Assembly: GCF_009914755.1 (NCBI RefSeq)
Contig: NC_060925.1
Length of the DNA stretch: 64,000 nt
Strand: one strand, 5' to 3'
Source of the DNA: the human T2T-CHM13v2.0 reference genome, Homo sapiens
A program made the position numbers and the translations under genes. The notes under the pieces were generated by a model, which saw only the letters and a list, made by a program, of their open reading frames with translations, ran no database searches and had not been told where the DNA came from. Below are positions 1 to 12,762 of this stretch, piece after piece; the first letter of the stretch is position 1, and the number at the start of each line of letters is the position of its first letter.

Positions 1-187
1 TCTGCCTCCCAGGCTGAAGCGACTCTCTTGCCTCAGCCACCATGCCTGGCTAATTTTTTGCGTATTTTTAATAGAGACAGGGTTTCGCCATGTTGGCCAG
101 GCTAGTCCCGAACCCCTGACCTCAGGTGATCCGCCCGCCTCGGCCTCCCAAAGTGCTAGGATTACAAGCCTGAGCTACCGCACCCGA
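1..187 (-). mobile_element. AluS-type SINE, cut by the window edge, with an ~30-bp internal deletion
   Basis: Antisense Alu text (gagacagggtttcgccatgttggccagg...cctcggcctcccaaagtgctaggattaca). cctcagcc joins directly to accatgcctggc, skipping the tcccgagtagctgggactacagg segment. Confidence 0.92.
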
Positions 188-199
188 CCAACCTAATTT

Positions 200-316
200 T
201 AATATAACAAATTATATCTACAATGGCCCTACTTCTAAATAAGGTCAGACTCTGAGGTATTGGGGTTTAGGATTTCAACATACGAGTTTTGGAAGAATAT
301 AATTCAACCCATGACA
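200..316 (-). mobile_element. MLT1 (ERVL-MaLR) LTR 5' end fragment
   Basis: ctaaataaggtcagactctgaggtattggggtttaggatttcaacata...aattcaacccatgaca is the reverse complement of the MLT1A-D 5' terminus. Confidence 0.8.
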
Positions 317-429
317 CCACCTCACATGGTTTGGTGTGGATTAAATGAGTACAAAAATTGCTATGTGAGGGTTTGCTCTAATTATTATTAGTAAGTAGAT
401 GTCTTAAAGGATAACAACATAAGCAATGA

Positions 430-625
430 TTACTACTTGAGAACCTACTAAGTGTCAGATACTATATTGTCAAAAACTTCTAATCCTCGTAGAAACCTTC
501 AAAGTGTGTTTTTTATCTCCAGTATCTTCAGTTTACAAATGGGTAATCTGAAGCTTAGAGAGGTGAAAAGATTTTGATGTACCTGAGGCTTCACAACTTG
601 TTTATGATTATAAACAAGACTATAA
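430..625 (-). mobile_element. MIR SINE
   Basis: Degenerate antisense MIR core (ttcagtttacaaatgggtaatctgaagcttagagaggtgaa). Confidence 0.65.
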
Positions 626-869
626 TCTCTACTTGATGGTGAAACTCTTTGAATAATGGAAGAAGGTTTTAAAAATTCATACCTCCTTACTTTAGTTTTT
701 GTGTGCAAATGCAATCTTCCGTATAATGTATTGAGTTTGCATAATCAAGGTTCTAAAATAATTTTTTAGATAGGAAGCTTAGCTATGGATAAAAACTGCC
801 AATTCAACAGATAAAAGATAGTCATTTTGATCTTGTCAATAATTACTTTAAGACAGTGGCAGGTACCTG

Positions 870-970
870 ATTTAGTTAACATTCAGTGAACAGAGTCCCT
901 GAACCTGTGCTAGGAATCCCAGTCCAATAAAACCTTGCTCCTGCCTTCAAAGAGCTCACAGTTAGTTTAG
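870..970 (-). mobile_element. L2 3' end fragment
   Basis: ctgtgctagg...cttgctcctgccttcaaagagctcacagt, typical of the antisense L2 tail. Confidence 0.55.
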
Positions 971-1088
971 AGAGTGTGCTAAGGGGATAGGCCACGGGGC
1001 CAGGCAAGATTCACGGGGCCACGGTGAGGAAGATTCAGGTTTATGATGCGGGTGTGAAATAACTTACTTGGGATCAATGAATCATTGA

Positions 1089-1379
<291 letters not shown>

Positions 1380-2389
1380 TGAGAGGAGATGAAGGCCACT
1401 TTAGCTAAGCCTTTAGGTTCATTGAAGAGGCCATTCAAAAAGATGAAAGGTTTGACATATACTTCCCTATATCAAGCCATGCCTGATTTTTCAGAAATAA
1501 GGTAGAAGTTTAATGGATGTCATAGTCTAAAAATTTGTAAGGTAATCACTATAAATGGAGGGAAAAAAACCCAGTTATTTTCTCTTAGGGCCATTTCTCA
1601 TGGGAATTCAGACTAGAATAAAAGGAAGTTATTTATAGGATGTTTAATACCCAGTCCCTCACCAGGATTCTAGATAGAAAAAAAATATTTCTGGAGATGG
1701 AAACGCTGGTTTCAGTGTCATGTGGAAAGTTTTGTTAAACACCTATCATGTGCAAAAAATGAATATCTTCTCGATTTAGAAGAGCATATAGTCTAGCAGA
1801 GGAAGATAGATACTTCAAACTCTCCACCTCACTTGCCTGGATATGAAATACTTCCTGCTTTTGAATGAATTACATTGATGTTGATTAATGATAATGGAAT
1901 AACATTACTTTGCATTTGGAGGATGCTTTTAACATTTCAAAGTGCTTTCCGAATTATTTCTCCTGTCAAACTGTCCAACAAGCCTGGTGTGGATGGGGGC
2001 TGGGCTGACACTGGCACTGGCACAGGGCCCCCAGGAGCCTGTCCTAGCTGCTACTTTTCTGGCAATGCCTTTCCCTTGCAATTTCTTCCCAGCCCGCACC
2101 TTCTACCTTTTCTCTCTAGTTCCCACACTGTGCTTCCTTTGTTTTGGTCTTCCTGGCTATTGCCTTGGATTCTCTACATATCCTGCCGTGCTCTTTGAAG
2201 CAAAGCTATTACAGAAATGTAATAAATAATAAATTTCATCACTCAGACAGATCAATAAAATGCATGATAAGAAGAGGCCATTATGGAGAGTGAAAAATGC
2301 GCAAGAGGATGCCCACAGCATGAGTCAATCTTTAGCCAGGAGATGCCAAATACCAGGCAGGCCATTACGGGGTATTTTAAGCTTTTATT

Positions 2390-2760
2390 TGTTAGTACAT
2401 CCACAGACATTTGTTGAGGGTATTTTTCCCGCTATGCCCAGGGCTAGGCACTGGACATACCGAGACATACTGTGTCCAGAAGCTCAACAATTTAGCTGAG
2501 GAGATGGATGATGCAGCCATAACTAATTGTAATGCAGTGCCATTGCCTCTGTAGACAATAGGCAGAGAGCAGTGAGAGTTCAGAGGGGGAAGGAACCAGC
2601 TTTGGAGAGGAGGGGAGAGGGGGCTTTTATTAAAGCGAGGAAATTGGACTTCAATTATACAGTAAGAGCAGGATTTTTCTCAGGTGGAAGAGTTGAAGTA
2701 GGTGTGAGATAGATTATTTTCCTCGGGCAGGAAATATCACATGCAAATATGATGGATCCT
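2390..2760 (-). mobile_element. L2 fragment
   Basis: acatttgttgagggtat...gctaggcactgg...agaagctcaacaatttagctgaggag, antisense L2 3' region. Confidence 0.55.
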
Positions 2761-3285
2761 ATACTTACTGACAACGTCTAGGGATTTTTTTTGGTTCACA
2801 ATTTTTATTCAGGTATTTAAAGTCTTTCTCAATCTGGGACAGTTTAGATAAGCAGCCTTACTTTTCCACTAAGCCTGTTTCCCACTAACCTTTTTTTTTT
2901 TTTTTTTTTTTAACTGTTTAAAAGGATAAGGCCCAGTAAGATAGAAGTGAGCACAAAAGCAAGGGGCTGCTGGGCTCCATTGGCATAGAATATAGGCAGA
3001 GTGGGCTTGGGCCACCAGCTGTCTCCTGGGGTTCTCAGGCCTGGAGTCCTGGGGGAGCCTCTTGTCCTTTTCGCTTCTCTAGCCTCCTTGAAGGAAGAAT
3101 CTGAAGGGAGTGATCCAGCCTTATTATCATCCTGGTCACATGGAGAGAAAAGATAGAAGGGTGATGCTCTTTCTTCTAACACCCTAGTTTTTGAATATAT
3201 GGCCCAAGTCAGCATCCTTGAACTTGACCAGTCAGTGACAATACTCCTCTTCCGTGGAGGAAGGGGGAAGGATGTGGAGAGAGGA

Positions 3286-3707
3286 TGTATTAATCCATTG
3301 TGCATTGCTATAAAGGAATACCTGAAGTTAAGTTATTTATAATAAAAAAAAAGTTTTATTTTGGCTCGTGATTTTGCAGAGTGTACAGGAAACAATGGTG
3401 CCAGTGTGTGCTTTTGGTCAGGACCTCAGGAAGATTTTACTCATGGCAGAAGGCAAAGGGGGAGCAGGTGTGTCACATGGTGAGAGAGGGAGCAAGGGGG
3501 GAAGGGAGAAGATGCCAGACTCTTTAAACAAACAGCTCTTGCATGAACAAACAGAGCAGGAACTCACTCATTACTGCAAGGGAGGCACCAAGCCATTCAC
3601 GAGAGATCTTCCCCCGTGACCCAGCACCTCCCACTAGGTCTACCTCCAACATCAGGGATCACATTTCAACATGAGATTTGGAGGGGACAAACATCCAAAC
3701 TATATCA
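3286..3707 (-). mobile_element. MSTB-like solo LTR (ERVL-MaLR)
   Basis: TG...CA termini (tgtattaatcc...ccaaactatatca), MST body (ctcatggcagaaggcaaagggggagcagg), perfect 5-bp TSD GAGGA at 3281-3285 and 3708-3712. Confidence 0.93.
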
Positions 3708-3961
3708 GAGGAGCACTGAATTATATGGTACGGAAACATCAACTTCCAACCACAACTTTGTTATGAAATTGGATACAGGGCTGAGATAAGATGCAAAGAA
3801 GGCCCTAGGCTAATAGAAGTTTAGTCTGTTACCTCCTTAATCTTTTTCTTCTGAATTATCCTCATTCATTTACTCTTTATTCTCACCTCCCAGGCACAAT
3901 GCTTTAGCCTCTTTTGCATTTCTGCCTTTTCCTATTAAGGTAGCCATTGATAAATTAATTC

Positions 3962-4125
3962 TGGAAAAGGAGTATGCACTTTGGAGTCAGAGGTGGGTTC
4001 AAATCCAAGAACTATTACTAACTTAGCCTCATGACCTTGAAAAAGTTGCTAGGAAAATTAAATAAGATAACATAGGTATAATACACAGTACAGTGTCTTG
4101 CTGTACAAGCATTCAATAAATGGCA
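3962..4125 (+). mobile_element. MIR with the core deleted
   Basis: tRNA-like head (ctttggagtcagaggtgggttcaaatcc) joined to the MIR tail (attaaataagataa...cattcaataaatgg). Confidence 0.65.
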
Positions 4126-4349
4126 TATATACATATATTCACTGTTAGTTTTTCACTAGTGATGTGGTATGCTGGAAAGAATAAAATATGTAGTATGATG
4201 TTTTACGTAGAACTGCTTAAAAATGCCTGTCTCTTCTCCTCTTTCAGGTCTCTATAAAGTTTCTAACTTGTTTTACTTTTTACCAGCAATTCTGTCTCAC
4301 TTCCTGGCAGACTTATATTTAGTTCTCTAATGCTGAACACAAACTGCTA

Positions 4350-4778
4350 ACTGTCCAGCCAAATCCATTCTCTTGTTCCCCTTTAGTCTGATCATGTCTT
4401 CTCCATTTCTCAGCCTTTTTATAGTTAAGTGTGGCCATCAGACTAAGTGTTCATGGGTATGGAATGTAAGTAGAAGTGATGTGTGCCATTTCCAGTCTTG
4501 GCCATTAACTTCCTACAAGCAATTCTCTGTGTTCTTATCTTCCTTCCAGACACCTGGGATGGGGATGCCCGGAGCAATCTTGGAAGCCAGTCAGCTGATC
4601 TGTCCCTCAGCTGAGTCCCTGAATGACTGTTGAGCCAATTGCCTCCCACAACATACAGATACATTTGTGAGCAGGCACGTGCACACACACAGAAACAAAA
4701 CATTTGGAAATAAACTATTGCCTTCAAGCCATTTAATTTGGGGTCATTTTGTTCTGTCAGTTTATCCTACCTTAATAC
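4350..4778 (+). mobile_element. ERVL LTR16-like solo LTR
   Basis: gtggccatcagactaag...ggaatgtaagtagaagtgatgtgtgccatttcc, plus an LTR-type end with aataaa...aagccatttaatttggggtc. Confidence 0.6.
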
Positions 4779-5097
4779 CCATTTTTATCTATCTCCAAGT
4801 TTGACTGAGATCGCTGGAAAAACCCAAATTGTAAGGTACTTTTGAAAGAGCACTGAACCAAAAGCAGAACTAGGTTTAAGATACTTTTGCACCTAACAGC
4901 TATATAATCTTTTTATTTACCTATTCAACCCTTCTCTTTCTTACTGAAAAAAAATTATAATAATCTCTGTGACTTAGTTGAGCTATTTAACTTCCTGGTT
5001 ACCAGGTTACTCACTTGCAAAATGTGTCATGGAATTATTGTGCAAAATTATTAGGATAGTACATGTCATAATTTTAAATTTGTAGAGTCTTCTACAG

Positions 5098-5845
5098 CTT
5101 CACTGTCCAAAATAGTAGTCACTAGCCATATGTTGCTATTGAGTACCTTTCTTAGTCTGTTTTGTGTTGCTATAAAGGAATATATAAAATAGGTAATTTA
5201 TACAGAAGAAAAGGTATCTTTGGCTCGCAATTCTGATATCTAGGAAAGTTCAAGGTTGGGCATCTGATGAGGCCCACAAACTGCTTCCACTCATGGTGGA
5301 AAGTGAAGCAGAACCAGTGTGTGCAGAGATCACATAGTGAGAGAGGAAGCAAGAGAGAAAAGTGGGAAGTGCTAAGCTCCCTTAAACAACCAGCTCTAGC
5401 AGGAATGAAAACAGTGAGAACTCACTCACCCTTTCCCTTCCCCAGGAATGGAATTAATCCATTCATGAGGGATTCTCCTCCATGACCCAAACACCTCCCA
5501 TTAGTCCCCATCTCCAACACTGGAGATGAAATTTCAATAAGAGATTTGGATGGGACAAATATCCAAACTATAGCAGTACCTGAAATGTGGATAGTCTGAA
5601 TTAAGATACTCTGTAAGTGTAAAATACAAACTGTATTTCACAGGTCTAGTACACAAAAAGAATATCAGATGGTTCATTAAAATTTAAAAATATTGATTAC
5701 ATGTTGAAATGATAATATCTTGAGTCTAGTGGGTTAATAAAATACGTTATTAAAATGAATTCCCTTTTTTTCACTTTTAGTGTGACTACCAGAAAATTTA
5801 AGATTATGTGTGTGACTCACATTACATTTCTATTGGACAGCCTGC
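5098..5845 (-). mobile_element. MER33 hAT-Charlie MITE interrupted by an MST LTR
   Basis: TIR-like ends ctgtccaa...ttggacag. MER33 body (gtagtcactagccatatgttgctattgag | tgaaatgtggatagtctgaatt...attgattacatgttgaaatgataata) of about 320 bp once the LTR is removed. Confidence 0.85.
5148..5575 (-). mobile_element. MST-family solo LTR nested in MER33
   Basis: MST body, ends tttcttagtc...ccaaactatagca, 5-bp TSD GTACC at 5143-5147 and 5576-5580. Confidence 0.92.
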
Positions 5846-5889
5846 TCTAGACATAAAGTATTGTAATTTAGTGCAGGCGGATATCCTCT

Positions 5890-6050
5890 AATACTTCTGA
5901 ATGTGAGTCTTGAGTAGTAGGAGTTAGAAAGCAAGATTTCTCTAAATGGGATTGATCATCCTTACTTTGCAGGGCTGTAATTGGGATTAAAAATCATATA
6001 TGCATAGTGCCTGGTACATAGAAGTCACTCAGCAAATACTAGCTGTTGTT
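5890..6050 (+). mobile_element. MIR 3' part
   Basis: ctaaatggg...gcagggctgtaattgggattaaa...catagtgcctggtacatagaagtcactcagcaaat. Confidence 0.6.
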
Positions 6051-6659
6051 CTCCCACCTTTTCCTTTCATTCCAAAAGCAGCTTCCACAATCACAGGCTA
6101 TATGGCTTTGGATTTTTCTCATTTAGGAAGAAATTATTTTGTTTCCTCTTTTAAATTCATTTTTTTTAAGGATTGGAAGAACATTTGTAATCACAAAAAA
6201 AAGAGTACACTGAGGAAAATGAGATAAAGGAAAACCCTGGGGGAGAGGAGTGCTGGTTCCTAGCTGGGATGAGCTAGAGTTGGGGGGAAGATCTTAGCGG
6301 TCACTGCATGCTGAGTGCATCACGTCTGTAACAGAGCTGGGAGCAAGTGTTAGGGTGATGTTGCCAGATGCCTTCTTTTCCTTTTTTTTAAAAAAATTTA
6401 CTTTAAGTTATGGGATACATGTGTAGAATGTGCAGGTTTGTTACACAGGTATACATGTGGCATGGTGGTTTGGTGCACCTATCAACCCATCATCTAGGTA
6501 TTAAGCCCTGCCTGCATTAGGTATTTGTCCTAATGCTCTCCCTCCCCTTTCCCCTCACCCTGCAACAGGCCCTGGTGTGTGATGTTCCCCTCCCTGTGTC
6601 CATGTGTTCTCCTTGTTCACTCCCACTTATGAGTGAGAACATGTTGTGTTTGGTTTTTT

Positions 6660-9600
6660 GTTCCTGTTTTAGGATGCTGAGAATGATGGTTTCCAGCTTC
6701 ATCCAAGTCCCTGCAAAGGACATGATCTCATTCTTTTTTATGGCTGCATAGTATTCCATGGTGTGTATGTACCACATTTTCTTTATCCATTCCATCATCA
6801 GTGGGCATTTGGGTTGGTTCCAAGAATTTGCTATTGTAAATAGTGCTGCAATAAGCATACGTGTGCATATGTCTTTATAGTAGAATGATTTATAAATCTT
6901 TTGGTATATACCCAGTAATGGGATTGCTGGGTCAAATGGTATTTCTTGTTCTAGATCATTGAGGAACCATCACACTGCCTTGCACAATGGTTGAACTAAT
7001 TTACATTCCCACCAACAGTGTAAAAGTGTTCATATTTCTCCACATCCTCTCCAGAATCTCTTGTTTCCTGACTTTTTAGTGATCGCCATTCTGACTGGTG
7101 TGAGTTGGTATCTCATTGTGGTTTTGATTTGCATTTCTCTAATGACCATGATAATGAGCTTTTTTTCATATGTTTTTGACCACATACATGTCTTCTTTTG
7201 AGAAGTGTCTTTTCATATCCTTTGCCCACTTTTTGATGGGGTTGTCTGTTTTTTTCTTGTAAATTTGTTTAAGTTCCTTGTAGATTCTGGATATTAGCCC
7301 TTTGTCAGATGGGTAGATTGCAAAAATTTTCTCCCATTCTGTATGTTGCCTGTTCACTCTGACATAGTTTGTTTTGCCAGGCAGAAGCTCTTTAGTTTAA
7401 TTAGATCCCATTTGTCAACTTTGGCTTTTGTTGCCATTGCTTTTGATGATTTAGTCATGAAGTCTTTGCCCATGCCTATGTCCTGAATGGTACTGCCTAG
7501 GTTTTCTTCTAGGTTTTTTATGGTTTGGGGTTTTACATTTAAGTCTTTAATTCATCTTGAGTTAATTTTTGTATAAGGCATAAGGAAGTGGTCAAGTTTC
7601 TGTTTTCTGCCTATGGCTAGCTAGTTTTCCCAGTACATTTATTAAATAGGAAATCCTTTCCCCATTGCTTGTTTGTGTCAAGTTTGTTGAAGATCAGATG
7701 GTTGTAGATGTGTGGTGTTATTTCTGAGGTCTCTGTTCTATTCCTTTGGTCTATTCGATTTGGTACCAGTACCATGCTGTTTTGGTTACTGTAGCCTTAT
7801 AGTATAGTTTGAAGTCAGGTAGCATGATGCCTCCAGCTTTGCTCTTTTTGCTTAGGATTGTCTTGGCTATACAGGCTCCTTTTTGTTCCATATGGAATTT
7901 AAAGTAGTTTTTTCTAATTCTGTGAAGAAAGTCAATGGTAGCTTGATGGGGATGGCATTGAATCTATAAATTACTTTGGGCAGTATGGCCATTTTCACAA
8001 TATTGATTCTTCCTATCCATGAACATGGATTTTTTTTTCATTTGTTTGTGTCCTTTCTTATTTCTTTGAGCAGTGGTTTGTAGTTCTTCTTGAAGAGGTC
8101 CTTCTTGTTCCTTGTAAGTTATATTCCTAGATATTTTATTCTCTTTGTAGCAATTGTGAATGGGAGTTTATTCATGATTTGGTTCTCTGCTTGTTTATTG
8201 TTGGTGTATAGGAATGCTCGTGAGTTTTGCACATTGATTTTGTATCCTGAGACCTTGCTGAAGTTGCTTATCAGCGTAAGGAGTTTTTGGGGTGAGATGA
8301 TGGGGTTTTCTAAATATACAATCATGTCATCTGCAAACAGAGACAATTTGTCTTCCTTTCTTCCTATTTGAATACACTTTATTTCTTTTTCTTGCCTAAT
8401 TTCCCTGGCCAGAACTTCCAATACTATATTGAATAGGAATGATGAGAGAGGGCATTCTTGTCTTGTGCCCGTTTTGAAAGAGAATGCTTCCAGGTTTTGT
8501 CCATTCAGTATGATATTGGTTATGGATTTGTTATAAATAGCTTTTATTGAGATACGTTCCGTCAATACCTAGTTTATTGAGAGTTTTTAACATGAAGTAA
8601 TGTTGAATTTTATCAATGGCGTTTTCTGCATCTATTGAGATAATCATGTGGTTTTTGTCATTGGTTCTGTTTATGTGATGGAATACGTTTATTGATTAGC
8701 GCATGTTGAACCATCCTTGTATTCCAGGGATGAAGCTGACTTGATCACGGTGGATAAGTTTTTTGACATGCTACTGGATTTGATTTGCCAGTATTTTACT
8801 GAGGATTTTCACATCGATGTTATTCAGGCATATTGGCCTGAAATTTTCTTTTTTTGTTGTGTCTCTGCCAGACACAGGATGCTGGCCTCATAAAATGTAT
8901 TAGGGAGGAGTCCCTCTTTTTCTTTTGTTTGGAATAGCTTCAGAAGCAATGGTATCAGCTCCTCTTTGTACCTCTGATAGAATTCCTCTGTGGATCCATC
9001 TGGTCCTGGGCTTTTTTGGTTGGTAGGCTATTAATTACTGCCTCAATTTCAGAACTTGTTATTGGTGTATTTAGAGATTTGACTTCTTCCTGGTTTACTC
9101 TTGGGAGGGTGTATGTGTCCAGGAATTTATCCATTTCTTCTAGATTTTCTAGTTTATTTGTATAGAGGTGTTTATAATATTGTCTGATGGTAGTTTGCAT
9201 TTCTGTGGGATCAGTGGGATATCCCCTTTATCATTTTTGATTGTGTCTATTTGATTCTTCTCTCTTTTCTTCTTTATTAGTCTAGCTAGTGGTCTATTTT
9301 TGTTAATCTTTTCATAAAAACAGGTCCTGGATTCATTGATTTTTTTGAAGGGTTTTTTGTAGGTCTATCTCCTTCAGTTCTGCTCTGATCTTAGTTATTT
9401 CCTGTCTTCTGCTAGGCTTTGAATTCATTTGCCCTTGCTTCTCTAGTTCTTTTAATTTTGATGTTAGGGTATAGCTTTGAGGCCCTTCCAGCTTTCCAAT
9501 GTGGGCATTTAATGGTATAAATTTCCCTCTTAATACTACTTTACCTGTGTCCCAGAGATTCTGGTACATTGTTTCTTTGTTCTCATTGGTTTCAAAGAAC

Positions 9601-10394
9601 TTCTTAATTTCTGCCTTAATTTTATTATTTACCCAGGAGTCATTCAGAAGCAGGTTGTTCACTTTCCATGTAGTTGTGCAGTTTTGAGTTCTAATTTGAT
9701 TGCATTGTGGTTGGAGAGACTGTTATGATTTCCATTCTTTTGCTTTTGCTTAGAAGAGTTTTATTTCAAATTATGTGGTCAATTTTAGAATAAGTGCCAT
9801 GTGGTGCTGAGAAGAATGTATATTCTGCTGATTTGGAGTGGAGAGTTCTATAGTTGTTTGTTAGGTCCACTTGCTCCAGAGCTGAGTTGAAGTCCTGAAT
9901 ATTGTTATTAATTTTCTGTGTTGTTGATCTGTCTAATATTGACAGTGGGGTGTTAAAGTCTCTTACTATTATTGCATGGAAGTCTAAGTGTCTTTGTAAG
10001 TCTCTAAGAACTTGCTCTATGAATCTGGGTGCTCCTATGTTGGGTGCATGTATATTTAGGATAGTTAGCTTTTCTTGTTCCATTGATCCCTTTACCATTA
10101 TGTAATGCCCTTCTTTGTCTTTTTTGATCTTTGTTGGCTTAAAGCCTGTTTCTTCATAGACTAGGATTGCAACTCCTGCTTTTTTTTGGGCTTTCCATTT
10201 GCTTGGTAAATATTCCTGCATCCCTTTATTTTGAGCCTATGTGTGTCTTTGCACGTAAGATTGGTCTTCTGGATACAGCACACCAATGGGTCTTGAGTCT
10301 TTATCCAATTTGCCAGTCTGTGTCTTTTAACTGGGGCACTTGGCTCATTTACTTTTAAGGTTAGTATTTTTATGTGTGAATTTGATCCTGTCAT
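6660..10394 (-). pseudogene. L1 ORF2 (endonuclease/reverse transcriptase), frameshifted into several pieces
   Basis: MTGSNSHI...(10394); EN motifs KDKEGHYIMVKGS and DFNTPLSILDRS; [11 protein letters not shown] and [13 protein letters not shown] (8119-8565); C-terminal WNQPKCP...WIKKMWYI. Confidence 0.93.
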
Positions 10395-10454
10395 CTTGAT
10401 GCTAGCTGGTTATTTTGCACATTAGTTGATGCAGTTTCTTTATAGTGTCATTGG

Positions 10455-10879
10455 TTTTTATATTTTGATGTATTTTTGCAATGGCTGGTACCGATTTTTC
10501 CTTTCCATATTTAGTGCTTCCTTCAGGAGCTCTTGATTTGGCTGTTGATACTTGTGTATGCTTCATGAAGTTCTCATGCTGTGTTTTTCAGCTCCATCAG
10601 GTCATTTATGCTCCTCTCAAAACTGGTTATTCTAGTTAACAGTTCCTGTAACCTTTTATCAAGGTGCTTAGCTTCCTTGCATTGGGTTCGAACATGCTCT
10701 TTTAGCTCAGAGGAGTTTGTTATTACCCACCTTCTGAAGCCTACTTCTGTCAAATCCATCTCATTCTTTGTCCAGTTTTGTACCCTTGCTGGAGAGGAGT
10801 TGTGAATATTTAGAGGAGAAGTGGAATTGTGGTTTTTGGAATTTTCAGCATTTTCGCACTGGTTTTTCCTCATCTTCAT
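10455..10879 (-). pseudogene. L1 ORF1 remnant (N-terminus/coiled coil kept, middle and most of C-terminus deleted)
   Basis: ORF 10574-10879: MRKNQ...NWTKNEMDLTEVGFRRWVITNSSELKEHVRTQCKEAK. Deletion junction near 10535. Confidence 0.88.
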
Positions 10880-12619
10880 GGATTTATCTACCTTTGATCT
10901 TTGAGGCTGATGACCTTTGGATGGGGTTTTTGTGTGGGGGTCTTTTTTGTTGATGTTGTTGTTGCTTTCTGTTTGTTAGTTTTTCTTTAACAGTCAGGCC
11001 TCTCTTCTGCAGGTCTGCTGCAGTTTGCTGGAGGTCCACTCCAGAACTTGTTCACCTAGGTATTACCAGTGGAGGCTGCAGAACAGCAAAGATTGCTTCT
11101 TACTCCTTCCTCTGGAAGCTTTGTCCCAGAGGGGCACCAGGCTAATGCTAGCCGGATCTCTCCTGTATGAGGTTTCTATCGACCCCTGTCAGGAGGTCTC
11201 TCACAGTCAGGAGACACAGGGGTCAGGGACCCACTTGAGGAGGCAGTCTGTCCTTTAGCAGAGCTGGTGCACTGTGTTGGGAAAATCCTCCTTGTCAGGA
11301 TCAGCTGTTCTCTTTAGAGCCGGCAGGCAGGAGAGATTAAGTCCACAGAAACTGCGGACTTAACCACAGCCACCCCTCCCCCTAAGTGCTCTGTCCCAGG
11401 AAGATGAGAGTTGTATCTGTAAGCCCCTGACTGGGGCTGCTGCATTTCCTTCGAAGATGTCTTGCCCAGTGAGGTGGAATCTAGAGAAGCAGTCTGGCCA
11501 CAGCTGCTTTGCCATGCTGTGGTGAATTCAGCCCAGTCCAAACCTTCCAGTGCCCTTAGCACTGTCAGGGGAAGACAGCCCACTAAAGCCTCAGTAATGG
11601 CCGATGCCCCTCCCCCTAGCAAGCTCAATGGTCCCAGGTTGACTCTGGACTGCTGTGCTGGCAGTGAGAATTTCAAGCCAATGGTTCTTAGCTTGCTGAG
11701 CTCTGTGGGAGTGGGACCTGCTGAGTGAGAACACCTGGCTCCCTGGCTTCATCCCCCTTTCCAGGGGAGTGGACTGTTCTCCTGTCTCGGTGGGTTTCCA
11801 GATGCCACTGGGATACGAAAAAACTCCTGCAGCTAGCTTGGTGTCTGCCCAAACAGCCGCCCAGTTTTGTGCCTGAAACCCAGGGCCCTGGTGGTGTAGG
11901 CTCACCAGGGAATCTCCTGATCTGCGGATTGCAAAAATCTGTGGGAAAAGCGTAGTACCCAGGGCAGGTAGCACAGTCCTTCATGGCTTCTCTTGGCTGG
12001 GCGAGGGAGGTCCTCTGGCTCCTTGCATTTCCTGGGTGAAGTGAAGCCCCACCCTGCTTCTGCTCACTCTCTGTGGGTTGCACCCACTGCCTAACCAGAC
12101 CCATTGAGATGAACTGGGTACCTCAACTGGAAATGCAGGAATCACCCTCCTTCTGCACTGGTCTTGCTGGGAGCTGCAGACCAGAGCTGTTCCTATTTGA
12201 CCATCTTGGTCCCTCTCTCGCCAGATGCCCTCTTTTAAAAATTCTTAAATGTATTTGCAGTATCAAAGTTGAGACTATTTTTCTTCTCCTTTACAGCCTT
12301 TTCAATATCACCATCTCCCTAAGTATGCAGTTACAAGAGGTAACTTCTCTCTGTATCTTATCTAAGGAAACTGAGAGCAGTTAGCTTCTTTGGTATGAGG
12401 AAAATGGGTTCAAGTCTAGCAGTTCCTATTTAAAGACCTTTCCTTAGCTAATGCTTTTCTTTAATCAAATCACCGCCCCTTAGATTCTAAAGGAAACAAC
12501 CATTATCCTAATTTCAGGAATGTTTTATTTTTCTTTGTTTTTGGCTGAAGATCCATAATTTTGACTGTCTAATATGAAGCAGGTATTTTCCAATACTTCT
12601 CTCTCAGAACCAAATACTT

Positions 12620-12762
12620 GTTTTCTCCTCATATCTCCTCTTGTCTTCTCTCCTTTTCCTTCCCTTTTACCTCTTCCCTCTTCTACCCTTTTCCTTCTTT
12701 CCCTTTTTCTTTCTCTCCCATTTCCTCCTTTCCTTCTTCCCTCTTTCTTTTCCTTTGTTTGT
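12620..12762. repeat. Polypyrimidine low-complexity tract
   Basis: Almost pure C/T for about 140 bp. Confidence 0.85.

Larger units (their letters stand above)
6380..12219 (-). mobile_element. 5'-complete, inactive LINE-1 (L1PA7/L1PA8-like), about 5.84 kb
   Basis: 5'UTR start at 12219 (gagagggaccaagatggtcaaataggaacagc on minus), ORF1/ORF2 remnants, 3'UTR and a poly(A) remnant near 6380. 17-bp TSD gccagatgcc(t/c)tctttt at 6363-6379 and 12220-12236, followed by aaaa (TT/AAAA endonuclease site). Confidence 0.96.

Noticed and set aside
6517-10879. Reverse transcriptase/endonuclease ORFs as an active or novel retro-system
   Set aside because: Ordinary L1 ORF2/ORF1, broken by many stops, frameshifts and deletions. 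It cannot encode functional protein.
11025-12384. Cluster of 77-138 aa ORFs on both strands
   Set aside because: They lie in the GC-rich L1 5'UTR, where stops are rare. No coding signature.
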